DNA of 64,000 bases from an uncultured virus (IMG/VR IMGVR_UViG_3300021335_000008) (IMGVR_UViG_3300021335_000008), one strand, 5' to 3'; shown: positions 27,934 to 39,537, numbered from the stretch's first letter. Translations and numbers: made by a program. The notes: generated by a model from the letters alone, not told the origin.

Positions 27934-30900
27934 ATGGCACAAACGATTAAACTCAAGCGCTCGGCTACGTCGGGCGCTACGCCTACCACATCACAACTTG
28001 AACTCGGCGAAGTAGCTATCAATACTTATGATGGCAAAATGTACATCAAAAAAGATGTAGGTGGAACAGAAAGCATTGTAGAAATAGGAGGTCTGAGTTC
28101 AGTAGCTCTCGGCGGGCTTTCTGACGTCACTATTTCGAGTGTAGCAGCAGACCAGCTTCTTCAGTACAACGGCTCTGAGTGGGTAAACGTTTCAATTGCG
28201 GAAGCATCTGCAATTATGAAGGAGTACCAGTTTACGGCTACTTCTGGACAAAGTACTTTTAGTGGCTCAGACGATAATAGTGAAACTCTTTCTTACACTG
28301 CTGGCGCTATTCAAGTATTTCTTAACGGTATTTTTCTCGACTCCGCAGTAGACTACACTGCAACAAACGGCACTTCAATTGTACTCTCTGAAACTGTAGA
28401 TGCAAACGATTATCTACAAGTTGTCGCATTTAAGAAAAAGATTGGTGATGGAAATGTAAGCGTAGACACGTTTACAGGCGATGACTCAACTACTGCATTT
28501 ACTCTTTCTTTAGACCCAGGCGATGAAAATAATACACGCGTATTCATTGATGGTGTTTACCAGTCAAAATCAAACTATTCTGTAAGCGGCACAACTCTCA
28601 CGTTTTCCACAGCTCCTCCCACTGGTACAGCGGTTGAAGTCGAGATTGGAAATCGTGTTGTAACTCTTGATACTCTTAGCGACCTTGATCTTCCTGATGA
28701 TGTAAAGCTGCGACTTGGTACAGACCAAGATTTGCAGATTTATCATGATGGTTCTCATAGCTATATTCAAGAAACGGGCACCGGTCTTCTTTACATTGAT
28801 GGTACACAACTTATAGTCAGAAATTCAGCAGGTACCGAAGACATGGCTAAGTTTGTAGAGAATGCTGCTGTTCAACTTTATTACGATAATGGACAAAAAT
28901 TTGCAACTACTTCTACTGGTGTAACAGTTACAGGCACCGCAGCAGCAGATGCTTATAATGTAAGTTCTGGAGGTATTGGAACTGGTTATCAATTAAATGG
29001 CGGTACTGTCTTAAACTATTCTGGAGGAAATGTAGTTGTTGGAGATTTAGGGGCAGGAGTAATCCTTGAATACAGCGGTTCAACTAAACTCGCCACAACC
29101 TCCACAGGCATCGACGTAACTGGTAGGACAACAACAGACAATGCAACTGTTGGTTCTGGCACTGCAAGCACATATGTTGACCTAACAGTTAATGGAGCAT
29201 CTACGGCTAATTACGGGCCAATGATTGAGCTTCAGTCAGCAGGAGCAGCGTTCGGTAAAATTAGTAATTACGGACGCATTCAAGGTGGTACAAGCACAGA
29301 TATGTTTGTTACTACCGCTACAACCAATAATTTACTGCTTGGCACAAACAATATAGAGCGTATGCGTATCGAAAGCGATGGCGATATTCGTTTTGGTAGT
29401 TCTAGTAATTACGCATGGGTTCGTCCTTATGAAAGTTCAACAGGTAATTTAATTATCAGCTCTGATGTTGGAGCCACGGGCACAAATGGTTCTGCTATTA
29501 AGTTCCGTACTCGTGGCGCCGACAAAATGATAATTGAACATTCTGGCAAAGTAGGTATCGGCACTACTTCTCCAGACTACTCATTACACATTTCTGGAAC
29601 AGGGTCACAGAGATTACGAATTCAAAAAACTGATGCTGGTGGTGATGCTGATCTTCAGCTTTATTCTCCTTCTGATAGCACTCAGTGGATTTTGTTTGGC
29701 GACAGTACTTCAGGAAATAATTCTGGTGTTATAAAATATGTGCATTCTACCAATAAGATGCACTTCAGAACAAATGATGTTGATGACAGATTGGTTATTT
29801 CATCTGATGGCAACGTTGGTATCGGCACTACTTCTCCCAGAGGAGAATTAGAAATTGAGTCTACTGGAGTAACAAACTTATATTTGACTCGAAATGACAC
29901 TACAATTAATAATACTAATTCTTTAGGTGTAATTGGTTTTTCAGGAACTGAGGACGGCTCAACATATATTGACGGTGCGCAAATTTATGCAAAAGCAGAA
30001 GTTAGTTGGAGTAGTGGAGACTATAAAACAGGTTTAGCTTTTGCTACAAACTCTGGGAACTCTTTAACCGAAAGGATGAGGCTTGACCGAAATGGCAACT
30101 TAGGTATCGGCACAGACAGTCCGTCACAATTACTGAATATAGAAGGTGCAACAAATCCTGCTATCTTAGTCACTGATACAACTAACACTACTTCTTTGTT
30201 GCTTCGGTCACAAAATAATACATCAAGTGTTGGAACCATTAGCAATCATCCTTTAGTACTTGAGACTAACGGCACCGAGCGTATGCGTATCGACACATCT
30301 GGCAACTTGTTGGTAGGAACTACTGCTGCAACAGCTTATAACAACAGCTCAGATGTTTATGGTTTTAACGTATATGCAAACGGGCAAATTGCTTCTTCTG
30401 TAAATGGTGCACAAGCGGCCTATTTTAACAGGCAAAATAGCGATGGTGCTATTGTTGATCTTCGTAAAGACGGTGCTTCTATTGGCACTATTCAAACAAA
30501 TTCTGGACGACTTGATATTCAAGGCGCTAGTAACACTGTACGCATTCAAAGCGGCACTTCGCTTATGCAAGTTACAAATGGTACTCAAATTACCTTTGAA
30601 ACTGCGGGCACCGAGCGTATGCGTATTGCAGATAATGGCAAAGTAGGTGTTGGTACTACTGTTCCAAATCGTAGTGACTTTAATATTCATGGAGCTAACC
30701 GTACTTTAGCAAGCACAACATCTCAGGTAGCAATTACTGCTTCTGATTCTATTGCGGCTAACATTGGAGGATCGTTACACTTTGGCGCACGTTATGATAC
30801 AACTACCACAGACTTTGCGCCCACAGGATACGTAGCTGGTAGAAGAGAAAATGCTACAGTTAATAACTATGCTGGATACTTGCAGTTCGGAGTGACTCAA

Positions 30901-33900
30901 GGTAATGCAGGCACAATTGAAGCTATGCGTATTACTAGTACTGGCAACGTTGGAATTGGACGAACAGACCCAACACAATTATTAGAAGTACATAAAAATG
31001 CTGGAGGCGACCAAACAGTAGCCAAATTTTCTGCTCATAACTATGGTGATACTGGAAAAACATTTATAGAAATTGGCACTGAATATGGAGATGGCTCTTC
31101 AAGAATTGGTTCATTTAACGATACAGGTAATAGCTCAGTTTTAGTTTTTGATACTCATTCTGCAACAAGTGGTCAATTTACAGAAAGAATGCGTATTACT
31201 AGTACTGGCAACGTCGGTATTGGAAATAGCTCTCCTACAAACTACGGAAGTACGTATAACATATTGCATATCGGGGATGCTAATACTAAGGGCCTACTAA
31301 AGCTCGGAACTGGGGCTTCAGTAAATGGCCCTGAGCTATATAGTTCAGCTAATGGAAAGTTACATATCAATACTGACAGCAATACGAATGTGATAAATTT
31401 AGTTAATAGCAACGTTGCTATAGGCACTACTTCTCCAAGCCATAAACTCCATATTAGAGGAACTCCTGACACTACTTTTGCCTCGGGTTCTGTAGGTGTT
31501 CCTACTCTATTATGTATAGAAGGAGATAATGGGTTCGCTAGCGGAACTGCTGGTTCTGGAATTATTTTTACAGGACACTTTACTTCTTCCGGAAAAACTA
31601 CTTTAGGGCAAATTGGAGCAATAAAGGAAAATACTACATCCGGCGATTTCGGAGGAGCATTAGTCTTTATGTCAAGAGCTAACGGCTCAGGAGGTGGAGC
31701 TGCGGAGCAAATGCGCATCTCCTCAAGCGGCAACGTCGGTATTAACAGCAGTAACCCATCTACTGGAAGATTGGTTATTCCTCAGAGCAACTCTGCTCAA
31801 CCAGCTATTCACCTTCCAACTGACGAAAGTACGATACAAGGCCCGTCTGCAAATACCCAAATTCGCATGGGCGGCAACCTTGTTCTTAGCAGTGCTGCAA
31901 TTACTACTCTTTCTACTAATGGCTCAGAACGCCTACGTATTGCATCAGGCAATCCTTATATGTTCTTAGGGCATACAGGACATAGCTGGGGAACTTTTCA
32001 CGCAGTGGCTCAAATCGGAAGAACCGGAGCAGTTGCAAACTATGATGGTGGAGCAAACCAGCAAACTGTCATTGCAAACAATACGTACTATGGAGGAAGC
32101 GGCTATACTTCAATAGAAGCGAATAGCGGCGCTTCTTACATGAACTTAAATCAAGGACATGTTAGCTTTTTTACAGCTCCAGCAACAACTGCAGGCTCTG
32201 CTCAAACTTTTACTAAAAGAGTACAAATACACAGAGACGGAAATGTAGGTATCGGAGAAGATACCCCTGCAGGCCCACTTCACGTAACGTCTACAGGAAG
32301 CACAAGTTATTTTGAAGGAACTGGCGGAAATGTATCTCTTCAACTTCTTCGTTCCGATACTTCGGGCGCAGTTGATTTTGGAGATATACAGTTTGCAAAC
32401 TCAACAGGAATTGCAGCAAGAATTAACTCTCGAGGAGAGGGCGGCTCTGCTTCTGGAAACTTAACTTTCCAAACTCGAAATACAAGCGGCACTCTTACCG
32501 AGCGTATGCGTATTCAGTCAGGGGGTAAGGTTGGTATCGGCGGCACCGTTATGGACGGTCAAAAATTAAATATTGAAGGATGGGTGCAATCAAATACTCG
32601 TACTCCTGCAAATGCTTGGTTAGTTGGACGAGGAACAGGCGGAGACGGCCTTGCCATTGGAACTTCTATAAGCAGTCCTTATGCTACTTGGTTTCAGTCT
32701 GGATATTTGCCTACAATGGGCACTTCAAATCATTATGCTCTGTCTTTTAATCCTCATGGAGGTAATGTAGGTATAGCCACAGTAAATCCAACTGCTAAAT
32801 TGCATATTGTAGGCGGCAGTTCAAAAGTTGAGCATACTAACGGAGGAATTGTATTTGTAAAAACAGGAGGAGCAAGTAGTACAAACTCAGATTATATGGC
32901 TGCTATACTGAGAACAGACACTGCAGGATACCATGTTACTGCAGATAATGGAGGGTTTGGTTCCGTTGCTGATGGTTTGGCTATAATGAATCACGGAGAT
33001 TTATTTTTTGCAACAGCTCCTACAACCGGAGGAGGCACAAACTACCCTAGTGGAAGAGTAATGATAAAGTCTACAGGTAATGTCGGTATTGGTACTAGCG
33101 CTCCCGAAGAAACCCTATCTGTCATGGGTGATTTTCAAGTTGCTCTAAATACCTCTGTGACTGGCAGAGGCTTAAAGGTTTCCACTTCTAATAGCTCAAT
33201 TACTGATGATTTAGTCACTTTTAACGCGCAAGCCAGCACTGGCATATTAGCGTTTCAAACAAACAGTTCTGAACGCGCACGTATCGATGCAAGCGGCAAC
33301 GTCGGTATCGGCACAACTGCTCCTGCTACGGGTACTCATACTTCTTACCAAAATCTTGTTATTGGAGAAACTTCAAGTTCCACATCAGGTCTTTCCTTTA
33401 AAGCATCTACATCAGGTCAAAGTGCAATTTTCTTTAGTGATGGTGTTTCTCCATTTAATCGTGGGCAAGTGTTATATGATCATTCTACTGATTCTCTTAC
33501 GCTTGCTTCAAATGGTGTAGAAAAACTTCGTCTTGATGGTTCTGGACAAACTAATGTACGTCTTGGTGGAAGCACTACAAATGGCACCACATTAATATCA
33601 AGCTGCACGAGCACAAGTAGCAGTGGAGGCGCGGGTACAGGAAACTACTTAGAACTTGAAGCGATGGAGCCAAATAATCCAAACTATGGAGCAAAGAAAC
33701 TTCGTCTCGGTGTTCAAGGCGGCGGCTATGTAAAAATGACTATGCCTGGAGCTGCGGGACTATTTATAGAAAGCCCTTATCAAACAGCGGATAAAATACA
33801 CGTAGGATATGCAGGCGTACAGCTAGATATGAATGGTGGAGGATATGGCGGAAATCAACATATGCTCATTCGCTGTGTCAACGATATTACTTTTCATCCA

Positions 33901-34410
33901 GGAAGCAGTGAAAAAGTACGTTTTGACTCCAGCGGCAACGTTGGTATCGGGCGATCAAGCCCTAACGCAAAACTAGATATAAATGCTGGAACAACTAAAG
34001 GTATTGAAATAGCTCTTGGAACTAGCACTGTTCCGTTTATTAATTTTTTATATGGTGCAACTACGATTGGCTCAATTACTACTACAGGGTCAGCAACCGT
34101 CTATAACACCTCATCAGACCAACGTCTTAAAGACAACATCGTAGATGCACCTTCTGCTTCTGATGACATTGACGCTATCCAAGTACGTTCGTTTGACTGG
34201 AAGGCTGACGGGTCACACCAGAAGTACGGCATGGTTGCACAGGAACTACAAAGCGTTGCACCAGAAGCTGTGTCTGGAGACGCTGACTCAGACGAAATGA
34301 TGGGCGTAGACTACTCGAAGCTAGTACCTATGCTTGTAAAAGCTTTACAAGAATCAAGACAAGAAATTAACAACCTCAAATCTCGAGTCGAAGAACTCGA
34401 AAGCCAATAA
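27934..34410 (+). CDS. Long tail fibre / receptor-binding protein 1 (2158 aa) with C-terminal peptidase S74 intramolecular chaperone
   Basis: N-terminal IKLKRS...GEVAIN, two beta-sandwich-like modules, about 15 ERMRI..GNVGIGT modules, YNTSSDQRLKDNI...YGMVAQE...VDYSKLVPMLV. Confidence 0.88.
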   Translation: MAQTIKLKRSATSGATPTTSQLELGEVAINTYDGKMYIKKDVGGTESIVEIGGLSSVALGGLSDVTISSVAADQLLQYNGSEWVNVSIAEASAIMKEYQFTATSGQSTFSGSDDNSETLSYTAGAIQVFLNGIFLDSAVDYTATNGTSIVLSETVDANDYLQVVAFKKKIGDGNVSVDTFTGDDSTTAFTLSLDPGDENNTRVFIDGVYQSKSNYSVSGTTLTFSTAPPTGTAVEVEIGNRVVTLDTLSDLDLPDDVKLRLGTDQDLQIYHDGSHSYIQETGTGLLYIDGTQLIVRNSAGTEDMAKFVENAAVQLYYDNGQKFATTSTGVTVTGTAAADAYNVSSGGIGTGYQLNGGTVLNYSGGNVVVGDLGAGVILEYSGSTKLATTSTGIDVTGRTTTDNATVGSGTASTYVDLTVNGASTANYGPMIELQSAGAAFGKISNYGRIQGGTSTDMFVTTATTNNLLLGTNNIERMRIESDGDIRFGSSSNYAWVRPYESSTGNLIISSDVGATGTNGSAIKFRTRGADKMIIEHSGKVGIGTTSPDYSLHISGTGSQRLRIQKTDAGGDADLQLYSPSDSTQWILFGDSTSGNNSGVIKYVHSTNKMHFRTNDVDDRLVISSDGNVGIGTTSPRGELEIESTGVTNLYLTRNDTTINNTNSLGVIGFSGTEDGSTYIDGAQIYAKAEVSWSSGDYKTGLAFATNSGNSLTERMRLDRNGNLGIGTDSPSQLLNIEGATNPAILVTDTTNTTSLLLRSQNNTSSVGTISNHPLVLETNGTERMRIDTSGNLLVGTTAATAYNNSSDVYGFNVYANGQIASSVNGAQAAYFNRQNSDGAIVDLRKDGASIGTIQTNSGRLDIQGASNTVRIQSGTSLMQVTNGTQITFETAGTERMRIADNGKVGVGTTVPNRSDFNIHGANRTLASTTSQVAITASDSIAANIGGSLHFGARYDTTTTDFAPTGYVAGRRENATVNNYAGYLQFGVTQGNAGTIEAMRITSTGNVGIGRTDPTQLLEVHKNAGGDQTVAKFSAHNYGDTGKTFIEIGTEYGDGSSRIGSFNDTGNSSVLVFDTHSATSGQFTERMRITSTGNVGIGNSSPTNYGSTYNILHIGDANTKGLLKLGTGASVNGPELYSSANGKLHINTDSNTNVINLVNSNVAIGTTSPSHKLHIRGTPDTTFASGSVGVPTLLCIEGDNGFASGTAGSGIIFTGHFTSSGKTTLGQIGAIKENTTSGDFGGALVFMSRANGSGGGAAEQMRISSSGNVGINSSNPSTGRLVIPQSNSAQPAIHLPTDESTIQGPSANTQIRMGGNLVLSSAAITTLSTNGSERLRIASGNPYMFLGHTGHSWGTFHAVAQIGRTGAVANYDGGANQQTVIANNTYYGGSGYTSIEANSGASYMNLNQGHVSFFTAPATTAGSAQTFTKRVQIHRDGNVGIGEDTPAGPLHVTSTGSTSYFEGTGGNVSLQLLRSDTSGAVDFGDIQFANSTGIAARINSRGEGGSASGNLTFQTRNTSGTLTERMRIQSGGKVGIGGTVMDGQKLNIEGWVQSNTRTPANAWLVGRGTGGDGLAIGTSISSPYATWFQSGYLPTMGTSNHYALSFNPHGGNVGIATVNPTAKLHIVGGSSKVEHTNGGIVFVKTGGASSTNSDYMAAILRTDTAGYHVTADNGGFGSVADGLAIMNHGDLFFATAPTTGGGTNYPSGRVMIKSTGNVGIGTSAPEETLSVMGDFQVALNTSVTGRGLKVSTSNSSITDDLVTFNAQASTGILAFQTNSSERARIDASGNVGIGTTAPATGTHTSYQNLVIGETSSSTSGLSFKASTSGQSAIFFSDGVSPFNRGQVLYDHSTDSLTLASNGVEKLRLDGSGQTNVRLGGSTTNGTTLISSCTSTSSSGGAGTGNYLELEAMEPNNPNYGAKKLRLGVQGGGYVKMTMPGAAGLFIESPYQTADKIHVGYAGVQLDMNGGGYGGNQHMLIRCVNDITFHPGSSEKVRFDSSGNVGIGRSSPNAKLDINAGTTKGIEIALGTSTVPFINFLYGATTIGSITTTGSATVYNTSSDQRLKDNIVDAPSASDDIDAIQVRSFDWKADGSHQKYGMVAQELQSVAPEAVSGDADSDEMMGVDYSKLVPMLVKALQESRQEINNLKSRVEELESQ

Positions 34411-34422
34411 AGGAGACTTAAA

Positions 34423-34752
34423 ATGGCAGCAACATTTAATTGGAGTATCGCTACTTGTGAGCGAAACATGGCAGACGGCGGGGTCACAGTGGTTCATTGG
34501 AGATGCGACGCATCAGAAACAGTGGGCACCGGTGACGACGCAGTTACACACTCAGCATCAAGCTATGGTACTCAGGGACTTACTCCTGACCCAAGCGACT
34601 CAGGCTTCGTAGCTTACGATAGTCTTACAGAAGACGGCGTAAAGGCATGGATCTGGGCAGCAGACGTTGACAAAGATGCAATTCAAACAAGCCTACAAGC
34701 ACAAATCGACGAATCAAAAACACCCACTACTGGTACTGGAGTACCTTGGTAA
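34423..34752 (+). CDS. Small fibre-associated protein (possible assembly chaperone)
   Basis: Strong AAGGAG RBS; FNWSI...VVHWR...AYDSLTE..VKAWI...TGVPW pattern typical of small genes following phage fibres. Confidence 0.65.
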   Translation: MAATFNWSIATCERNMADGGVTVVHWRCDASETVGTGDDAVTHSASSYGTQGLTPDPSDSGFVAYDSLTEDGVKAWIWAADVDKDAIQTSLQAQIDESKTPTTGTGVPW

Positions 34753-34766
34753 GAGAGGAGTAAAAA

Positions 34767-37700
34767 ATGGCAAAGTCAAGAGCAAGAAAATTAGCTGACA
34801 TCATTGTCGGTGCAGGGATAGATATTGATGGAAATCTGACGTTTGACGGCGGATCGACCTCTGCTGACTTGACTTTTGCCGACAATGATAAAGCAAACTT
34901 TGGTGATGCATCGGATTTGCAGATTTATCATTCAGGTAATGAAAGTTGGATTAAAGACTCAGGCAGTGGAAACTTGTATATTGACACAAACGGTGCTGCA
35001 ATTCAATTAACTTCAAACAATACAGCAAAAAATATGGTTGTTGGTGTTGCTGGTGGCGGTGTTACTTTGTACCATAATAACTCCGCAAAACTTGCAACTA
35101 CTTCTTCAGGTGTAACTGTAACAGGAGGGCTTGTAGCAACGAGCACCTCTCAGTTTACTGATATAAATATTCCTGATAATAATGCCGCAAGATTTGGAGA
35201 CTCACAAGAATTTCAAATATATCATACGGGCTCTGGCAATAGTATTATTTCAGAGACTGGAAGCGGTAGTCTTTATTTAGACGCAACAAATATTTATCTC
35301 AGAAAAAGCACAGCCTCTGGCGAAACAATGGGAGCTTTTGTTGCGGACGGTGCAGCAACTCTTTATTACGATAACTCCGCAAAACTTGCAACAGCTTCTA
35401 CAGGCATCGACGTAACTGGATCTATTGATGTAACTAGCAGTGCTTCGTATGGGGTAACTGCTAACAGAGGCTTTAAAAGTACAGCGGATATTCCAAACTT
35501 TACTCTTGTTGAAAGTGACGCAAGTGGACAGACTTGGCAAATTAACAGTACTGGCGCAAAATTATCCTTTAGAGATATAAGTCGACAGCTCGACAGAATT
35601 GTTATAGATACAGCGGGCAACGTTGGTATTGGCACTACTGCTCCAACTGCGAGGCTAGACGTAAGATCGGCTAATGGAGGGGTGCACAGCAGAGGTCAAT
35701 TATACCTTACAAATACAGATTCACATGCTATAAATCAAGGAAGTCAAATAAGCTTAGGTGGTACATACTCAGGTACTAGTGATACTTATCTTGGAAGCAT
35801 TGCAGCCAGAAAAGAAAATGCAACTTCTGGAGATTATGCGGGATATTTACAGTTTGGTACTAGACCGAGCGGTTCTGCTAATGTTGAGCGTATGCGTATT
35901 ACTAGTGCGGGCAACGTTGGGATCGGTACTACTTCTCCAGCTTCTAAACTACATATAAGAAATACTGCTTCCGAAGATACAGCAATTATTTTAGAAAATA
36001 CTAATAATGCTCAGAATTTAAATATTGATTATTATAATAATGCGGGGGCAGTACAAAGTAGAATAAATTACGCAGAAGGCCCAGCAGCTTGGAACTTTAT
36101 TCCAAATACTTCTAATAATAATAGTGCGTTATATATTAATTATTCAGCTAATGTTGGTATCGGCACTACTTCTCCAGGAACAAAACTACACGTTACCGGC
36201 ACTACAACATTTGATGGGGACGGAGCTTCTCGTGCAGAAATAACCTCTAGCACTGCAAACTCAGTAGTGAGCTTAGATGTTGGAGGATTTACTGGAACTC
36301 CTTCTGTTGCTAGGGATGTACGCTTTTTAACAAATGTTGCATCTAATAATAAGTCCGAGCGTATGCGTATTACTAGCGGAGGCAACGTTGGTATAGGCAC
36401 TACTTCTCCAACCGGAGCAAAGCTTCATGTTGCAGGCGCAATAAAAGGTACAGATTTAATTGCTCACGACTCTACTGGAATTAATCTACAGACGGACGAA
36501 GGAACAAAGCGTTTAGTAGTTACAGATGCAGGAAATATTGGTATCGGCACTACTTCTCCTAGTGCAAAACTTGATGTATCAGGCACCACAAATATTACTT
36601 CTTCAACTAGTATGCTTCTAACATTGAATCCTACTGCGAATAACTATGGAGGAATACTTTACCAGTACGGAGGCGCTACGAAAGGATCCGCGATATACAA
36701 CTCTGGGATGATGAATTTTGGAGGTGAAAGTGAGGTAAGTACGGTTCTTCAGGCAGGTGGACAATACGGATTATTTATACATCATAGTACTCGAAATGTC
36801 GGTATCGGAACAGGTGCTGCTGCCCCCGGCCAAAAACTTACTGTTGGAAGCGGTCATATAAAACTTGATGAAGGGTATTCATTGCAGTGGAGCGATTCTT
36901 ATGAAAGAATAGAGCAATCAGATGGTCATTTAGAATTTTTCGTAAATAATGGGGAATCAATGACGCTCGATACATATGGCTTAGGTATCGGAACAACAGC
37001 TCCTCAAGGCAGGTTACATGTAGCTCAGTCAAAAGGTTCAGCAGGAAACTTGTGGACACAAGTAGGAGCAGGAAATGTTCCAAGTATTCATATTCAAAAC
37101 ACTGCGAATGTCGCAAATACAAATGCTGCGATTTATTTTAGAAATAGTTCAGCAGAAAAAGCATCAATAGGTGCTCGCTTTGTAAATCAATCTACAGGCG
37201 AAACAGAACTAAGATTCAGTACTACAAACTCTTCGAGCTCTACTTTTGAAAGAATGGTTTTGGATGGTGATGGTAATGTTGGCATTGGAACTATTGCTCC
37301 ATACTTTCCTCTACACGTACAAGGTGCTAATTCAGTAAATGGGGCTGCTAGCACTACCGCCTTATTTTTCGATACCAGTTCCGCCGCAGCAGGTACTGGG
37401 GGAGGCATAGCTCTTGGTGGTTATACAAATGGAACGGGCGGAGACCTTTATCATTTTGGAAATATTCAAGGAATAAAAGAAAATAGCACTGCAGGAAATT
37501 ACGATAGTGCGATGATTTTTTCCACTCGTATAAATGGTACTACTCCACAAGAAAAACTGCGTATTACTAGTACGGGCAGAGTAGGTATCGGCACTACTTC
37601 TCCATTTGCAAAACTACAAGTTGCAGGCAGTGAGGTTTTTATTCACGGAGGTACTACAACTACAGGGCCGGGCATATTTTTAGGTGATAACAATTTTGCA

Positions 37701-39518
37701 AACTCAAACTATTATAACTCAGCGCCTGGAATAGGTGCAGTTGGCCCTTATGGAGGCGTAACTGCGGGCTTAGCATTTTACGTTTATGGTTCACAGGCAA
37801 ATTCTAGAAATGAAGCCATGCGCATCGATTCCAATGGCAACGTTGGTATAGGCACTACTTCAATGTCTTCAATTACAAATACTGTTGCAACTCTAAGCCT
37901 AGGAGGAACAAACGCAGGAGTAAGTGGAGGAATTGCATACCAAACAAATGGCACTGCGGAAGCATATCATTATACCGAGGGTGATATGCTTCTTCATCAA
38001 GCAGTGGCTGGAATAGGCCAACGTTTTCTTACAAATAATACTGAAGCTATGCGTATTGACACTAGTGGTAATGTATCTATTGGAGTTACTAGTGCCTCTG
38101 CAAGATTAGATGTACGAGGAGGTTCTGGGGCTGGAACTCTTACTCATGCTGTGTTTACAGGTACAACAAATAGAGGCGCAGAAATAAGAACCAGAAGTGA
38201 TATTTCAGGCGGACAAAATTCGGGCTGTGCAGAATTTAATTCTGCAGACAGTGAAGGCGATGGAGGCGATATTGCGCTATCTTCTAACGGTAATGTTAGA
38301 ATGTTTATTCATGGAGCAGGCAACGTCGGTATCGGCACTTCTTCTCCTTCAGCAAAGCTTCATATTGACGGAGATGGCACATATGCTACTATAAGAGGAT
38401 ACAGTCAAGTACTAGACTTAGGAAACTGGACAAACGGTGAAGTAAGAATAGAAAGCACCGGCGCGCCGTTTCATTTAAGAGCAGCAGGCAACCAGCCCCT
38501 TCATTTAGAGACAAATAATGTTGAACGAGTTTCTATCTTAGGAACAGGTAACGTAGGTATCGGCACTAGCAGTCCAGCAAATAAATTACAAATTGGAAGT
38601 GTGGGGTCAAGTGGCTATGGAGCTAATGATCTTGCAATTGGCGATGGTACTCGAGTATTTGCAACATATCTCAATTCTACTTCTGATGCGATTGAGTTTT
38701 ATACAAATAAAAAGTATGCATTTTTGGGCAGCGGTGGTACAGGTTACGTTGGTATCGGCACTGCTTCCCCTGTAACTAAAACTCACATAGCGCATAGCAC
38801 AGTTATTAATGACCATCATGGATTACTATACGTACAAAATACTGCTTCCGCAACGGGGTCGAGTAGTAATGCGGGTGTAAATGTCAATAACTATACCGGT
38901 ACTTCTCAATTTATGCAATGGGAAAATCACGGTCTTCGAATTGGCTCAAGAAGACTGTTTAATGGAGGCACCGGAGATGTTATCTTTACGGCGGGCGCAG
39001 ACTCCGAAAAAATGCGAATTAAGTCTGATGGCAAGGTAGGTATCGGCACTACTGCTCCTACAGAAACACTAACAGTACACGGAGCAATTTGTAGTAAAAA
39101 TGGTTACGATGATTTAGGCACTCATACGACAAATAGCCATGCAAGTGTAAATAGTAGTGGTACTCTGGAATTTACAATAGGTTATACAGGAACTTTAGCT
39201 TCTGGAAGAGTATTAACTTTTACATATGAAGCAATAAGTTGGAAGAGTTGGATTTTTGAAATTGAAGTAGCTTCTACTCATCGTCTAACAACAATTAAAT
39301 CTGGAGGGTACAATAATAGCAGTATGAGTAACTATGTTTACGAACTAGGAGACACTGCAAATGCAGGAACTCTTACAGTTACAAATAGCGGACAACATAA
39401 TGTATTTACATTTACTGTTAATTCGGCAATGACTCACCCTTTAGTTCGCGTAAAATATTCACAAAGTGGAGGAGACGGCGCTCCTCGAACAGACAGAATG
39501 AAGCTGGTCATAACATAA
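34767..39518 (+). CDS. Long tail fibre / receptor-binding protein 2 (1583 aa), no S74 domain
   Basis: Short N-terminal SRARKLAD anchor, DNDKANFG..SDLQIYH repeats, about 15 GNVGIGT modules, distinct C-terminal domain. Confidence 0.85.
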   Translation: MAKSRARKLADIIVGAGIDIDGNLTFDGGSTSADLTFADNDKANFGDASDLQIYHSGNESWIKDSGSGNLYIDTNGAAIQLTSNNTAKNMVVGVAGGGVTLYHNNSAKLATTSSGVTVTGGLVATSTSQFTDINIPDNNAARFGDSQEFQIYHTGSGNSIISETGSGSLYLDATNIYLRKSTASGETMGAFVADGAATLYYDNSAKLATASTGIDVTGSIDVTSSASYGVTANRGFKSTADIPNFTLVESDASGQTWQINSTGAKLSFRDISRQLDRIVIDTAGNVGIGTTAPTARLDVRSANGGVHSRGQLYLTNTDSHAINQGSQISLGGTYSGTSDTYLGSIAARKENATSGDYAGYLQFGTRPSGSANVERMRITSAGNVGIGTTSPASKLHIRNTASEDTAIILENTNNAQNLNIDYYNNAGAVQSRINYAEGPAAWNFIPNTSNNNSALYINYSANVGIGTTSPGTKLHVTGTTTFDGDGASRAEITSSTANSVVSLDVGGFTGTPSVARDVRFLTNVASNNKSERMRITSGGNVGIGTTSPTGAKLHVAGAIKGTDLIAHDSTGINLQTDEGTKRLVVTDAGNIGIGTTSPSAKLDVSGTTNITSSTSMLLTLNPTANNYGGILYQYGGATKGSAIYNSGMMNFGGESEVSTVLQAGGQYGLFIHHSTRNVGIGTGAAAPGQKLTVGSGHIKLDEGYSLQWSDSYERIEQSDGHLEFFVNNGESMTLDTYGLGIGTTAPQGRLHVAQSKGSAGNLWTQVGAGNVPSIHIQNTANVANTNAAIYFRNSSAEKASIGARFVNQSTGETELRFSTTNSSSSTFERMVLDGDGNVGIGTIAPYFPLHVQGANSVNGAASTTALFFDTSSAAAGTGGGIALGGYTNGTGGDLYHFGNIQGIKENSTAGNYDSAMIFSTRINGTTPQEKLRITSTGRVGIGTTSPFAKLQVAGSEVFIHGGTTTTGPGIFLGDNNFANSNYYNSAPGIGAVGPYGGVTAGLAFYVYGSQANSRNEAMRIDSNGNVGIGTTSMSSITNTVATLSLGGTNAGVSGGIAYQTNGTAEAYHYTEGDMLLHQAVAGIGQRFLTNNTEAMRIDTSGNVSIGVTSASARLDVRGGSGAGTLTHAVFTGTTNRGAEIRTRSDISGGQNSGCAEFNSADSEGDGGDIALSSNGNVRMFIHGAGNVGIGTSSPSAKLHIDGDGTYATIRGYSQVLDLGNWTNGEVRIESTGAPFHLRAAGNQPLHLETNNVERVSILGTGNVGIGTSSPANKLQIGSVGSSGYGANDLAIGDGTRVFATYLNSTSDAIEFYTNKKYAFLGSGGTGYVGIGTASPVTKTHIAHSTVINDHHGLLYVQNTASATGSSSNAGVNVNNYTGTSQFMQWENHGLRIGSRRLFNGGTGDVIFTAGADSEKMRIKSDGKVGIGTTAPTETLTVHGAICSKNGYDDLGTHTTNSHASVNSSGTLEFTIGYTGTLASGRVLTFTYEAISWKSWIFEIEVASTHRLTTIKSGGYNNSSMSNYVYELGDTANAGTLTVTNSGQHNVFTFTVNSAMTHPLVRVKYSQSGGDGAPRTDRMKLVIT

Positions 39519-39537
39519 GGTTAAGGAGAATAATCAA

